A stretch of 64,000 nucleotides of DNA, taken from Clostridia bacterium. Its GTDB lineage: Bacteria; Bacillota; Clostridia; UMGS1883. Below, piece after piece: positions 10,671-20,211 of this stretch. The notes below the pieces were generated by a model. It did not search any database and was not told where the DNA came from. It saw only the letters and a program-made list of their open reading frames with translations. The number at the start of each line of letters is the position of its first letter. Within the stretch, counting starts at the first letter, position 1. Made by a program: the position numbers and the translations under genes. The stretch is from the NCBI GenBank assembly GCA_045546275.1, contig JAZQCM010000042.1, forward strand, positions 70,146 to 134,145, in the 5' to 3' direction.

Positions 10671-12194
10671 ATGAAGAGATTATTTTTAGTTTTATTGGCA
10701 CTTATTCTTGCAGGCTGCACAACTTTTGAAGAAATGCCAACAGAGCCTACCGAAGTAATTGAAATTGAAAAAAACGAGCCTTTTAACGTGATGGTTAAAA
10801 CAATATATTCACAGGAATCGGAAGGCAACAAAACAGTTTTCGAATCGGAAATTGACAATCTGGTTTTAGAGGACAGCGTAAAAGAAAAATACCCTCTGCT
10901 TGCAAAAAGCATCGAAGAGGAAAACCAAAAAAATATAGAATACGCCATGCAGGATTATGATGCATATCTGCAGGATGCAAAGGAAAACTACTTTTACGGT
11001 GATGAATACTTTGCTGCCCACGACAACAACATTAAAGCAAGTGTTAAGCGAAGCGATGAAAAGGCTTTCAGCGTTACCTATTGCTACAATTCCTACACAG
11101 GTGGTATGCATCCCAACTATTACTATGATGCCTCAAACTTTGAAAGCAAAAGCGGTAAAAAGCTCACTTTGGGTGATGTTTTCACCGATGTAACAAAGCT
11201 TTCCGAAATAGTGAGGAATGAGCTTATCGAAAAATACGGAGTTGAAGCCTTCTTTGACATTGAAACCGAAGAATTTAGTGGCTTAACTGCCTCCAATACA
11301 AATGCATGGACAATAGGCTACGACAGGGTAACTTTCTACTTTTCTCCTTATGAGCTTGCGCCCTATGCGGCAGGGCTCATAACAGCAGAGCTTTTCTTCA
11401 CTGACTATTCTGACATAATAAATGAAGAATTCACCGTTGTTCCAAAGGGCTATGCAGTGGAAATCACCGATGATTGGAACGGCTATGTTTGTGACCTTAA
11501 TCCCGAAAAAGAAGGCAAGGATATTATAAATATTATACCTGAGTATCAGGATGACATGTATGGAAGAATTATTCTTGAGCTTAATTCCAACGGCTACGGT
11601 CACGATACATGGTTTTACGATTCAAGAGAGTTTTTTGTGCATCTTGAAGAAAATGGTGTGGCGAAAAACTACATATACATTGAAACAATCAGCGATAACG
11701 ATTACCCCACAATACTTGCCTTTAATGTGGGCGAGAAAAACATAAGCTTCATAGGTGAAATTCCGGGAACAGGTTTTGTAAGTGAGTATGAGGATGACGG
11801 ATTGATAAAACCTGCATTTACAAATCCCTACAATTTCACTTTAGGCACAAGAATGGATATGTTAAGCACATATTCCGGATTAAAAACCTATTATGCGGAT
11901 TTTAAAACAGGTATGCCAAAAGCGGACATGGAATACTACAACATTGACGTGGACTATGTTTTAAAAAACCTCGTTCCCGTAAAGGTTTTGGTTTTGCCTG
12001 AAAAGGTTGAAGAAACAATTCCCGAGGGCGAAAGCTTTACATTCTTAAGAACTGACAACGAAACCTATGTTGACATGAAGCTTTCAGATTCACGAGAAGT
12101 AAAAATTATGGTTGAAATGATTGACGGCTGGATGGCATGCGTGGAAGGAAAACCCGCCTGGGATGTGTTTAGCGGCACAGTGTACGCAGGATAA
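10671..12194 (+). CDS. Lipoprotein with DUF3298/DUF4163-like domain
   Basis: Lipobox LILAGC. The segment CYNSYTGGMHPNYYYDASNFESKSGKKLTLGDVF matches the GG(A/M)HP signature region of DUF3298 (RsiV/PdaC-N-like) domains, from memory. Confidence 0.65.
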   Translation: MKRLFLVLLALILAGCTTFEEMPTEPTEVIEIEKNEPFNVMVKTIYSQESEGNKTVFESEIDNLVLEDSVKEKYPLLAKSIEEENQKNIEYAMQDYDAYLQDAKENYFYGDEYFAAHDNNIKASVKRSDEKAFSVTYCYNSYTGGMHPNYYYDASNFESKSGKKLTLGDVFTDVTKLSEIVRNELIEKYGVEAFFDIETEEFSGLTASNTNAWTIGYDRVTFYFSPYELAPYAAGLITAELFFTDYSDIINEEFTVVPKGYAVEITDDWNGYVCDLNPEKEGKDIINIIPEYQDDMYGRIILELNSNGYGHDTWFYDSREFFVHLEENGVAKNYIYIETISDNDYPTILAFNVGEKNISFIGEIPGTGFVSEYEDDGLIKPAFTNPYNFTLGTRMDMLSTYSGLKTYYADFKTGMPKADMEYYNIDVDYVLKNLVPVKVLVLPEKVEETIPEGESFTFLRTDNETYVDMKLSDSREVKIMVEMIDGWMACVEGKPAWDVFSGTVYAG

Positions 12195-12200
12195 ATAAGT

Positions 12201-12232
12201 GAAAACGTGTCGGATTTTCTGACACGTTTTTT
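12201..12232 (+). terminator. Intrinsic terminator
   Basis: Stem AAAACGTGTC (12201-12210) / GACACGTTTT (12220-12229), followed by a T-run. Confidence 0.75.
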
Positions 12233-12306
12233 TGCCGTAAAAAATATTGCATTTAAAAGAAAAATGTGCTAAACTATGAGAAATACTTTTAAGAGGTGAC
12301 ATAAAA

Positions 12307-13335
12307 ATGAACATGAATTTTGTGAAAAAACTGCCTATTCCCATGGAAATCAAGGAAAAATTCCCTGTTTCCTTTGAAACAGCAACAGTTATTGCAAAAA
12401 GAAACAACGAAATCAAAAAGGTTTTTTCATCGGAGAGCGATAAGTTTTTACTTATCATAGGCCCCTGCAGTGCCGACAGAGAGGATTCTGTTTTGGATTA
12501 TGTAACAAGACTTAAAACTGTGCAGGACAAGGTTTCCGATAAAATTCTTATCATTCCTCGTATATATACAAATAAGCCCAGAACAACAGGCGAAGGCTAC
12601 AAGGGCATGGCATCTCAGCCCGACCCCCTTTCAAACCCCGACATTTTAGAGGGCCTTATAGCAATAAGAAGGCTTCACACAAAGGCTGTTGAAGAAACAG
12701 GCATGACCTGTGCAGACGAAATGCTTTACCCCGAAAACCACAGATATTTATCCGACATTTTAGGCTATGTAGCAATTGGTGCCAGAAGCGTTGAAAATCA
12801 GCAGCACAGACTTACCGCATCGGGCATAAACATTCCTGTTGGAATGAAGAATCCCACAGCAGGGGATTTGTCTGTTATGCTCAATTCCATTGTTGCGGCA
12901 CAGAAAAGCCACACTTTCCTCTACCGTGGCTGGGAGGTTGAAACGCAGGGCAATCCCTATGCTCATGCAATACTCCGTGGTTATGTGAATAAGCACGGCA
13001 ACACAATTCCCAACTATCACTACGAGGATATTGCTTTCCTTCTTGACCTTTATCAAAAAAAGGATGTCAAGAACATGAGCGTTATCATCGACACAAACCA
13101 TTCAAATTCAGGCAAAAAGTATCTTGAACAGGTGAGAATTGCAAAGGACGTTGTGATGAGTCGTCGTCACAGCAAGGATATGGAAACGTTTGTGAAGGGT
13201 CTTATGATTGAAAGCTACATAGAAGACGGTGCCCAGAAGGTTGAAGAGGGCGTATACGGTAAGAGTATTACCGACCCCTGCCTTGGTTGGGACAAAACCG
13301 AAAAGCTTATTTTAGACCTTGCCGACATGCTTTAA
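12307..13335 (+). CDS. 3-deoxy-7-phosphoheptulonate (DAHP) synthase, class I (AroF/G/H-like)
   Basis: LLIIGPCSADREDSVLDYVTRLKTV and IIPRIYTNKPRTTGEGYKGM closely parallel the E. coli AroG motifs (IGPCS..., KPRTT.GWKG). Length is 342 aa. Confidence 0.88.
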   Translation: MNMNFVKKLPIPMEIKEKFPVSFETATVIAKRNNEIKKVFSSESDKFLLIIGPCSADREDSVLDYVTRLKTVQDKVSDKILIIPRIYTNKPRTTGEGYKGMASQPDPLSNPDILEGLIAIRRLHTKAVEETGMTCADEMLYPENHRYLSDILGYVAIGARSVENQQHRLTASGINIPVGMKNPTAGDLSVMLNSIVAAQKSHTFLYRGWEVETQGNPYAHAILRGYVNKHGNTIPNYHYEDIAFLLDLYQKKDVKNMSVIIDTNHSNSGKKYLEQVRIAKDVVMSRRHSKDMETFVKGLMIESYIEDGAQKVEEGVYGKSITDPCLGWDKTEKLILDLADML

Positions 13336-13377
13336 TCTGTTTATTCACAAAAAAATGTAAATATTCAAAAAAAGTTC

Positions 13378-13406
13378 TTGCAACTAAAGACAAAGCGTGA
13401 TATAAT
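13378..13406 (+). promoter_or_regulatory. Sigma-A-type promoter upstream of secG
   Basis: TTGCAA (13378-13383), 17-nt spacer, TATAAT (13401-13406). Confidence 0.6.
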
Positions 13407-13450
13407 CCATTTGTTGATTATGAGTAAAAATATAAAGGCGGTGTGTATAA

Positions 13451-13684
13451 ATGAAAATAGCTTTAGCAATAATCTATATTATAGTAGCTGCAGTTCTTAC
13501 GGGCGTTGTTCTTATGCAGCAGGGTAAGGACCCCAGAGAAGCAAGTGCTGTTATGGGCGGTTCCGGTTCCTTCTTCTCCAAGAACAAGGGTGCAACTAAG
13601 GAAGCATTATTCGAAAAGCTCACAGCAATCGCTGCAGTACTTTTCGTAGTTCTTTCCATAGTTATGTTTATTTTTGTAAAATAA
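13451..13684 (+). CDS. secG: Preprotein translocase subunit SecG
   Basis: 77 aa with two TM helices flanking a G-rich loop (LMQQGKD...GGSGSFF). Sits in the conserved secG-rnr-smpB-ssrA position of Firmicutes. Confidence 0.85.
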   Translation: MKIALAIIYIIVAAVLTGVVLMQQGKDPREASAVMGGSGSFFSKNKGATKEALFEKLTAIAAVLFVVLSIVMFIFVK

Positions 13685-13694
13685 TTTTGCAATT

Positions 13695-13728
13695 AAAAGC
13701 ACTTCCGTAATGAGGAAGTGCTTTTTTT
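13695..13728 (+). terminator. Intrinsic terminator after secG
   Basis: Stem AAAAGCACTTCC / GGAAGTGC(TTTT) with loop GTAATGA, then T7 at 13722-13728. It covers the track start (13718) of the next ORF, which argues for the 13745 start. Confidence 0.75.
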
Positions 13729-13744
13729 CCTTAAAGAGGTTACA

Positions 13745-15976
13745 ATGGACAGAAAAGAAAAAGTAAAAGCTTTTATTGAAAGTGATGTTTATGTTCCTAT
13801 GACAAAAGGCGACATTGCCCATGTTTTAAGCGTGCCGGAAAGCGACAAAGCCGAATTTGTCAAAATTTTAGACCAGCTTGAGGATGAGGGACATATTCTT
13901 TTAACTAAAAAGAGAAAATACGTGTCCTGTAAAAAGGGCGGTTATATACTTACTGTGTTTTCCGGAAGCGGCAAGGAATACGGCTTTGCCAGGATGGAAA
14001 ACGGTGAGGATTTGTTTATTCCTCCCGAGGCAACCTGTGGTGCTCTTGACGGCGACAGAGTGCTTGTAAAGCCAACGGGTAAGGGCAAAAACGGTATGAG
14101 TGGCGAGGCTGAGGTTGTGAAGGTTATAAAAAGAGCAAATCTCCGCTTTGTGGGCACCTTTAAAAGTGACCGCTATTACGGCACTGTGACTGCCGACAAC
14201 CCTCGCATTGGCTGTAAGTTCATGGTCACAGAGGATGACTCCTTAGGTTCCCTTAACGGACAAAAGGTTTTGTGCGAAATTGAACGCTTTCCCACCCGTG
14301 ACTATTATGCAGTGGCAAAGGTTATTGAAGTGTTAGGTTTTCCAAGTGACTTCGGGGTGGATGTTTTAAGCGTTATATATAACTACGGCTTTGAAATTCC
14401 TTTCCCGGAAGCTGTTTTAAAAGAGCTTGACGAAATCCCCGACGAGGTTAGTGAAATAGAAGAGGGAAGAATTGATTTAACCGACAAAATCATCTTCACC
14501 ATTGACGGCAAAGACACTAAGGATATTGACGATGCGGTAAGCTGTGAAAAAGTAGGGGATTTGTGGCGTTTGGGGGTTCATATTGCCGACGTTTCAAACT
14601 ATGTAAAGCCAAACTCCCCTCTTGACAAGGAAGCGATGAAGCGTGGCACAAGTGTTTACCTTACGGACCGTGTTATTCCAATGCTTCCTCCTAAGCTTTC
14701 AAACGGCATATGCTCACTTAACGAGGGTGTACTCCGTAACGCTATGAGCGTTTTTATGGATATTGATAAAACCGGCGAGGTAGTAAGCTATTCTTTTAAT
14801 AAAAGCGTTATAAAATCCTGCAAAAAGGCAACATATGACGATATTTACAGCATCATTTCAAACGAGGCAGACGAAAAGCTCGCCGAGGAATATTGCAATC
14901 TTTTCGGCAGTATACATGAAATGTATGAGCTTTTTAAAGTTTTGAAGGATGCGTCGAAAAAGCGTGGAAATGTGGACTTTGACATGCCCGAAGCAAAAAT
15001 TGTGCTTGATGAAAAGGGCGAAGTAAGTGACATTGTTCTTCGTGAAAGAAATCATGCTCACATGATGATTGAGGAATTTATGGTAATCACAAATTCCACG
15101 GTTGCAGAGCATATGACAAAGTGCAATCTCCCTTCAATTTATCGTGTGCATGAAGCTCCCGACGGAGAAAAGCTTGATAGCTTCAAGGCATTTGTTTTAA
15201 CACTTGGCATCAATCCGCCGCAGGGCGAGCTTACACCTAAAAAAATGCAGGCGTTTTTAGATGGCATTAAGGACAAAAAAGAGTTTCCCATTGTGTCACA
15301 GGTGGCGCTTCGCAGTATGCAAAAGGCAAAATACATGAACGAAAACTTAGGCCACTACGGTCTGGCGTTAGGCTTTTACACACATTTCACATCCCCCATC
15401 CGCCGTTATCCCGACCTTGTGTTTCACCGCAGCTTAAAGGCAGCAATTGAAAAAGACAAGGCAATGCTGCAGCATATAAAAGTAACAAGCAAGGAAGCAG
15501 CAATAATTTCAAGTGAGCGTGAGCTCAGTGCCGAAAGATGCGAAAGAGATGTGGACGACATTAAAAAAGCACAGTGGATGAGCCATCATATCGGTGAAAA
15601 CTTTAACGGTATCATTTCTTCGGTTACAAGGTTCGGCTTTTTCGTTCAGCTTCCAAACACTGTGGAAGGTCTTGTCCGTATTGAAAACATGACCGGTGAC
15701 AGGTTCGACTATGACGAAAAATCCTTGTCAATACGAGGAAACAAAACCACATACAGATTAGGCGACGAAATAACAATCACAGTTGTGGGTGTTAACGAAG
15801 CTCAGGGACAAATTGATTTTATGCCGGAGGGTATGGAATATGGAGAAAAACAAAAAACAGTTAGCAATAAACAGAACAGCAAGGCACGAGTATTTCATCG
15901 AGGAAACAATCGAAGCGGGAATAGAGCTGTTCGGAACAGAGGTAAAAAGCGTTCGTCAAGGAAAGGCAAATCTTAA
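13745..15976 (+). CDS. rnr: Ribonuclease R
   Basis: RBS AAAGAGG upstream of ATG 13745. RNB catalytic region ([39 protein letters not shown]), C-terminal S1 domain ([15 protein letters not shown]) and a Lys/Arg-rich tail. Confidence 0.92.
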   Translation: MDRKEKVKAFIESDVYVPMTKGDIAHVLSVPESDKAEFVKILDQLEDEGHILLTKKRKYVSCKKGGYILTVFSGSGKEYGFARMENGEDLFIPPEATCGALDGDRVLVKPTGKGKNGMSGEAEVVKVIKRANLRFVGTFKSDRYYGTVTADNPRIGCKFMVTEDDSLGSLNGQKVLCEIERFPTRDYYAVAKVIEVLGFPSDFGVDVLSVIYNYGFEIPFPEAVLKELDEIPDEVSEIEEGRIDLTDKIIFTIDGKDTKDIDDAVSCEKVGDLWRLGVHIADVSNYVKPNSPLDKEAMKRGTSVYLTDRVIPMLPPKLSNGICSLNEGVLRNAMSVFMDIDKTGEVVSYSFNKSVIKSCKKATYDDIYSIISNEADEKLAEEYCNLFGSIHEMYELFKVLKDASKKRGNVDFDMPEAKIVLDEKGEVSDIVLRERNHAHMMIEEFMVITNSTVAEHMTKCNLPSIYRVHEAPDGEKLDSFKAFVLTLGINPPQGELTPKKMQAFLDGIKDKKEFPIVSQVALRSMQKAKYMNENLGHYGLALGFYTHFTSPIRRYPDLVFHRSLKAAIEKDKAMLQHIKVTSKEAAIISSERELSAERCERDVDDIKKAQWMSHHIGENFNGIISSVTRFGFFVQLPNTVEGLVRIENMTGDRFDYDEKSLSIRGNKTTYRLGDEITITVVGVNEAQGQIDFMPEGMEYGEKQKTVSNKQNSKARVFHRGNNRSGNRAVRNRGKKRSSRKGKS

Positions 15977-16304
15977 GGAAAGCTATTGTGAAATTGACAA
16001 TGGTGAAATGTTTATTCACGGCATGCACATATCTCCCTACGAAAAGGGCAACATTTTCAACCGTGACCCCTTAAGAGTTAGAAAGCTTCTTCTTCACAAA
16101 AGGGAAACAATGAGACTTTTGGGCAAAGTAAAGCAGGACGGCTACACAATTATTCCTCTCGACATGCACCTTTCAGGGCAATATGTTAAAATGGAAATTG
16201 CACTTGCAAAGGGTAAAAAGCTCTACGACAAGCGTGAGGATGCTGTAAAACGAAGTGCAAAACGTGACATCGACCGTGCAATCAAAGAAAGAAATGCCTA
16301 TTGA
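15840..16304 (+). CDS. smpB: SsrA-binding protein SmpB
   Basis: [39 protein letters not shown] is the canonical SmpB N-terminus. ATG at 15840. The gene overlaps the 3' end of rnr by 137 nt in a different frame. Confidence 0.92.
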   Translation: MEKNKKQLAINRTARHEYFIEETIEAGIELFGTEVKSVRQGKANLKESYCEIDNGEMFIHGMHISPYEKGNIFNRDPLRVRKLLLHKRETMRLLGKVKQDGYTIIPLDMHLSGQYVKMEIALAKGKKLYDKREDAVKRSAKRDIDRAIKERNAY

Positions 16305-16395
16305 TTTTAGGCAACGTGTATGTTAAAATAACAAAAGTGAATTTATTCACTATTACCTGTTAACTATTACCTGCGGCGTTAATCGCCGCATATAT

Positions 16396-16738
16396 GGGGG
16401 CGTAACGGCTTCGACGGGGATTTTGAAAACTGAAGAGCGGGCAGAGGTGGAGACTCTTAAAACTCCGAAATTAAAATTAAACGCTAACAATAATTTAGCT
16501 TACGCTGCCTAATTACGGCAGCCGTCCTGTTTAAGAGTACCGCGACTTAAATAAGGGCGTCGACCAGCGGTGAACGTGATACGGCTAAGCTTTGCGCCGT
16601 ACATGAAAAATGAAGCTACCAAACTGTGAAGGCCGTCAATAGCCGGCGCAGGGAGGAAATTTTAAAATGTTGACTGCGCCCGGAGAGAGCAGTTGGATGG
16701 GTTTTCGGACAGGGGTTCAACTCCCCTCGCCTCCACCA
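16396..16738 (+). ncRNA. ssrA: tmRNA (SsrA)
   Basis: 5' GGGGGCGTAACGGCTTCGACGGGG pairs with the 3' end ...GGACAGGGGTTCAACTCCCCTCGCCTCCACCA (tRNA-like T-arm and acceptor plus CCA). The internal tag frame 16483-16512 (GCT AAC AAT AAT TTA GCT TAC GCT GCC TAA) encodes ANNNLAYAA-stop. Located just downstream of smpB. Confidence 0.93.
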
Positions 16739-16972
16739 ATCATTTTCACGGAAAATGTGAAATTATTAGAATACGCCGTAATTACAAGCTTTTTGTGATT
16801 GCGGCGTATATATTTTTGGCAAAAAAAGGGAGTAAAACTGCTAAAATAGCAGTTTTTTGTTATATAACCGTAACCAACCCACGTCAAGGGTGTGAAAAAG
16901 TTTGTAATTAAGGGAAATTTACAGAGCATAAAAAATTTTGTTTTTGAGAGCGAAACCAGCTGATTTTGCGTC
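16727..16972 (+). repeat. ssrA 3'-end repeat copy 1 (authentic gene end plus type-A flank)
   Basis: TCGCCTCCACCA plus the hairpin TTTTCACGGAAAATGTGAAA, then two further hairpin/T-run elements. About 245 nt are near-identical to 35249-35494. Confidence 0.85.
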
Positions 16973-17075
16973 CCTAAAAGCAAACAAATGTTCGAAAACA
17001 CCTTGTAATTTTGTTGGGTTTATGATATTCTAATATTTGATAAGACATAATGTATTTAAAAGAGAGGGACAAATA

Positions 17076-17612
17076 ATGAAAGAAATCCTGTTAGAAAATA
17101 TTGATGTGATAGTAACTATCATCGGTTTTATTATTACATATAAGATGACAATAAAGTCATTTGGAGATGAAATTAGAAAAAGTAAAATATCACATAATAT
17201 TGAAATGATACATTCCTTGCCCTATGAAGTTTGCGAATTAATGACAAAGGTCCAGAAAAGTACAAAAGGAGGGGGGAATAATTCTTTTCATGCCCAAGAA
17301 TATGAGAAGTTAATGACAAAAATATTTGCATATGGAAGTAGTGCTGCAGTTACTATTATCACTGAGGTGCAACAAACGTCCTATAGAATGAATCATTTGG
17401 AGAAAAAGGATTCTCAATATCGAATTCTAATACTTTATGCTTTGCTGATAACACAATTGAAATATGATATTAGCGATGAAATAGTTTCTCCGGAAAATTG
17501 GTTTAAATTAAAAATTAATGACTACTATAAAATGAGAAAAACTATTGTAAAAGAGATAAACGAAATTGTTTCAGAACTTGAATTAAATGAAAAGTTTTAT
17601 GTAGAGAAATAA
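17076..17612 (+). CDS. Hypothetical small membrane-anchored protein (partner of KAP NTPase)
   Basis: RBS AGAGAGGGA, then ATG at 17076 (MKEILLENIDVIVTIIGFIITYKM: one N-terminal TM helix). The rest is helical with no motif I recognise. It ends 24 nt before the KAP gene. Confidence 0.55.
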   Translation: MKEILLENIDVIVTIIGFIITYKMTIKSFGDEIRKSKISHNIEMIHSLPYEVCELMTKVQKSTKGGGNNSFHAQEYEKLMTKIFAYGSSAAVTIITEVQQTSYRMNHLEKKDSQYRILILYALLITQLKYDISDEIVSPENWFKLKINDYYKMRKTIVKEINEIVSELELNEKFYVEK

Positions 17613-17636
17613 TGGTTTATATAAGGAGCAAAAGAT

Positions 17637-18971
17637 ATGCAAAAGATAAGCGGAGATCACTTATATAGAACGCAGATAATAGATGATATAATTACTGTTA
17701 TTGCGTCCTGTGTAAAAATGAAACAACCTGTATGTTTTTCTATTGAGGGAGAATGGGGCAGAGGAAAAAGTTGGATAGTACAGCATGTAGTTAAAAAACT
17801 TAAAGGGTATGATTTGTCAATAGAGTGTAGCAAAAATAGTGCGTTGAGAGATATATGTAATGAATATATTGTATTTAATTATAATGCGTGGGAAAAAGAT
17901 TATTATGCCGAGCCACTGTTAGGAATTTTATTAACAATGGTAAATCAACTGAACGAAGTGTTAAAATTAGAGAATTTTTTGAAAGCTGAGTTAAAGGTTT
18001 TATACGCAGAAATTAAAGACATTTTGGAGAAGGTATTAGGTGCAATATCTTTAAAAATGATAGGTGTAAATGTTGTAGATGTTGGGAAACGAGGGTTAGG
18101 TATTTTTACTCAGATAAAGAAAAAGCAGGATATTAAGCTATCAAGTGCAACAAACAGTAATGTAGAGGAAGATATTGGCTTAGTGGTTAATACATTAAAT
18201 AGGTTGTCTAAAAGAATCCCAATCGTTTTTATTGTTGATGAATTAGATCGTTGTCTGCCAGAGCATGCTATCAAGACATTGGAAAGACTGCACCATGTTT
18301 TTAGCAAAATTAATTCATCTGTAACCATTGTGGCGGTTAACGAGAAACAACTTAAGAATAGCGTAATTCAGATGTTTGGGAAAGATATTTCTTTTGATAC
18401 ATATTTAAGGAAATTTATAGACTTTCGAATAAATATAGATAATGGGACTGTTGATGGAGATGAACTGAAGAAGAAACTTCAAGAATATAAAGGTTTTTTT
18501 AGTGATAGAGGAAATGAATCTATTTTTGATGATGTGTTAGGTGGTATTTTTAGAACTTTAAATGCTAGGGAGATTGAAAGGGTTTGCAGTAATGCAATGC
18601 TCTGCCATAGGCTTGTTGATGTAGATACGAGAAATTTTGAATATGATTATATGGTGGCAGAATTGTTTTTGTTCGCTCATAAAATCGTTTCTGAAAAAGA
18701 AGGAAATTCATCAAATCTTTCTCCAATATACGGAAATCGTGCAACAACAAATGGGGGACAGTTTATAAAAACATTTTTAACTGATGCGAAAAATAGAAGA
18801 GTAATAAATGTTACTGATTCTAAAAGTGTTATATTCTATATTGCGGTAATTGTTTTAGATTTGCAAACTCATGGGGCGATGAATTTACAGATAGAAGAAA
18901 GCGAAGGTTTAAATGATATTATAAATTATTTCAACAAGTACAAAAAGTTTTATAAGATGATAAGAATTTAA
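17637..18971 (+). CDS. KAP-family P-loop NTPase
   Basis: Walker A GEWGRGKS (17748-17771), NYNAWEKDYY, and Walker B IVFIVDELDRC (DELDRC at 18237-18254) followed by LPEHAIKTLERLHHVF. This is the KAP signature set. I see no obvious TM insertion between Walker A and B. Confidence 0.8.
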   Translation: MQKISGDHLYRTQIIDDIITVIASCVKMKQPVCFSIEGEWGRGKSWIVQHVVKKLKGYDLSIECSKNSALRDICNEYIVFNYNAWEKDYYAEPLLGILLTMVNQLNEVLKLENFLKAELKVLYAEIKDILEKVLGAISLKMIGVNVVDVGKRGLGIFTQIKKKQDIKLSSATNSNVEEDIGLVVNTLNRLSKRIPIVFIVDELDRCLPEHAIKTLERLHHVFSKINSSVTIVAVNEKQLKNSVIQMFGKDISFDTYLRKFIDFRINIDNGTVDGDELKKKLQEYKGFFSDRGNESIFDDVLGGIFRTLNAREIERVCSNAMLCHRLVDVDTRNFEYDYMVAELFLFAHKIVSEKEGNSSNLSPIYGNRATTNGGQFIKTFLTDAKNRRVINVTDSKSVIFYIAVIVLDLQTHGAMNLQIEESEGLNDIINYFNKYKKFYKMIRI

Positions 18972-18976
18972 AATAG

Positions 18977-19019
18977 AAAACACATTGTAAGTGAAACTTT
19001 TGGTTGCAATGTGTTTTTT
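18977..19019 (+). terminator. Intrinsic terminator after the KAP gene
   Basis: AAAACACATTG ... CAATGTGTTTTTT with a large loop and a T6 run. Confidence 0.6.
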
Positions 19020-19048
19020 CTATATGCATTGCAAATTAAAAAATGATA

Positions 19049-19077
19049 TTGCTTTTGTTCGAGGTTTGGAATATAAT
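19049..19077 (+). promoter_or_regulatory. Putative promoter of the R-M operon
   Basis: TTGCTT (19049-19054), 17-nt spacer, TATAAT (19072-19077). Confidence 0.5.
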
Positions 19078-19091
19078 AAACATATCAACAC

Positions 19092-19113
19092 GTAAACATG
19101 TTTACATGTAAAC
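19092..19113 (+). promoter_or_regulatory. Putative operator: three alternating half-sites GTAAAC-AT-GTTTAC-AT-GTAAAC
   Basis: Two overlapping perfect 14-nt palindromes (19092-19105 and 19100-19113) lie between the predicted -10 and the RBS AGGAGG (19114-19119) of the HTH-fused methylase. Confidence 0.5.
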
Positions 19114-19126
19114 AGGAGGTTTCGTT

Positions 19127-20197
19127 ATGAGTTTTATATCTGCAAGAGAAGCGGCTGATAAATGGGGAATATCTCAAAGAAGGGTTGCAGTTCTCTGTTC
19201 TGAAAATAGAATTGATGGTGCGATTATGGTGGGCAATATGTGGATTATTCCTAATGAAGCTAAAAAGCCTGTTGATGCCAGAAGTACACGGTATATAAAT
19301 AGTGATGAAAAAACCGTAAAGCCATTTTTGAAATGGGCAGGGGGTAAAGGGCAACTTATTAAAGAAATTGAACAGTATTACCCCTTTGAAAGCGATAAAA
19401 TAACAAAGTATGCAGAACCCTTTATCGGTGGCGGTGCAGTATTATTTGATATCTTAAACAAGTATGACTTGGAAGAAGTATATATCAGCGACATCAATCA
19501 TGAGCTTATAAATACGTATTGTACTGTCCGTGATGAAATAGATGCATTGTTGAATTTGCTGTCAATATATCAGGAGGAATATGTTCCACTTGATACCGAA
19601 ATGCGTAAGGAATATTACATGGCAAAACGTAATAGATTCAATGATTTGAAAGTTAATGGGAATATCAGAGCAAATGTAGAAAAAGCTGCATTGATGATAT
19701 TCTTAAACAAAACTTGTTTCAACGGATTGTTTAGAGTAAACAGAAAAGGTTTGTTTAATGTTCCGATGGGAGCGTATAAGAATCCTCTTATCTGTGACGA
19801 AACAAATCTTCGTGCAGTGGCAGAAAAGTTGAAGAAGGTTACCATCGTTTGTGGCGACTATAAGGAATCGGCAGACTTTATTGATCAAAATACCTTTGTG
19901 TATTTTGATCCGCCATACAGACCTATAACAGAAACTGCAAGTTTTACATCATATGCTGAAAATCCTTTTGAGGATGAACAGCAGATAGAGTTGGCACGAT
20001 TTGTTGATTCAATGAGTGACAGAGGAGCAAAGATTGTTGTAAGCAACTCCGATCCAAAGAATATCAATGAAGAAGATGATTTCTTTGATGATATTTATAG
20101 TGCGCATAATATAAGAAGAGTTGAAGCAACTCGAATGATTAATAGCAATTCAGATGCGAGAGGCAGGATAAAGGAATTATTAATATCAAATTTTTGA
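19127..20197 (+). CDS. HTH-fused Dam-type N6-adenine DNA methyltransferase (DpnM/M.MboIA-like, GATC)
   Basis: The first ~60 aa form an HTH module (ISAREAADKWGISQRRVAVLCSENRIDGA). The remainder parallels S. pneumoniae DpnM: FLKWAGGKGQL, EPFIGGGAVLFD, FVYFDPPYRPITETASFTSY, VEATRMINSNSDARGRIKELLISN. Confidence 0.88.
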   Translation: MSFISAREAADKWGISQRRVAVLCSENRIDGAIMVGNMWIIPNEAKKPVDARSTRYINSDEKTVKPFLKWAGGKGQLIKEIEQYYPFESDKITKYAEPFIGGGAVLFDILNKYDLEEVYISDINHELINTYCTVRDEIDALLNLLSIYQEEYVPLDTEMRKEYYMAKRNRFNDLKVNGNIRANVEKAALMIFLNKTCFNGLFRVNRKGLFNVPMGAYKNPLICDETNLRAVAEKLKKVTIVCGDYKESADFIDQNTFVYFDPPYRPITETASFTSYAENPFEDEQQIELARFVDSMSDRGAKIVVSNSDPKNINEEDDFFDDIYSAHNIRRVEATRMINSNSDARGRIKELLISNF

Positions 20198-20211
20198 GGG
20201 AGAATGAAAAA

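Noticed and set aside
16693-17001. ORFs 16693-16911 (+) and 16717-17001 (-) at the tmRNA end
   Set aside because: They run through the tmRNA 3' domain, its terminator hairpins and the repeated type-A flank. They have no RBS, and the region is better explained as RNA gene plus att repeat.
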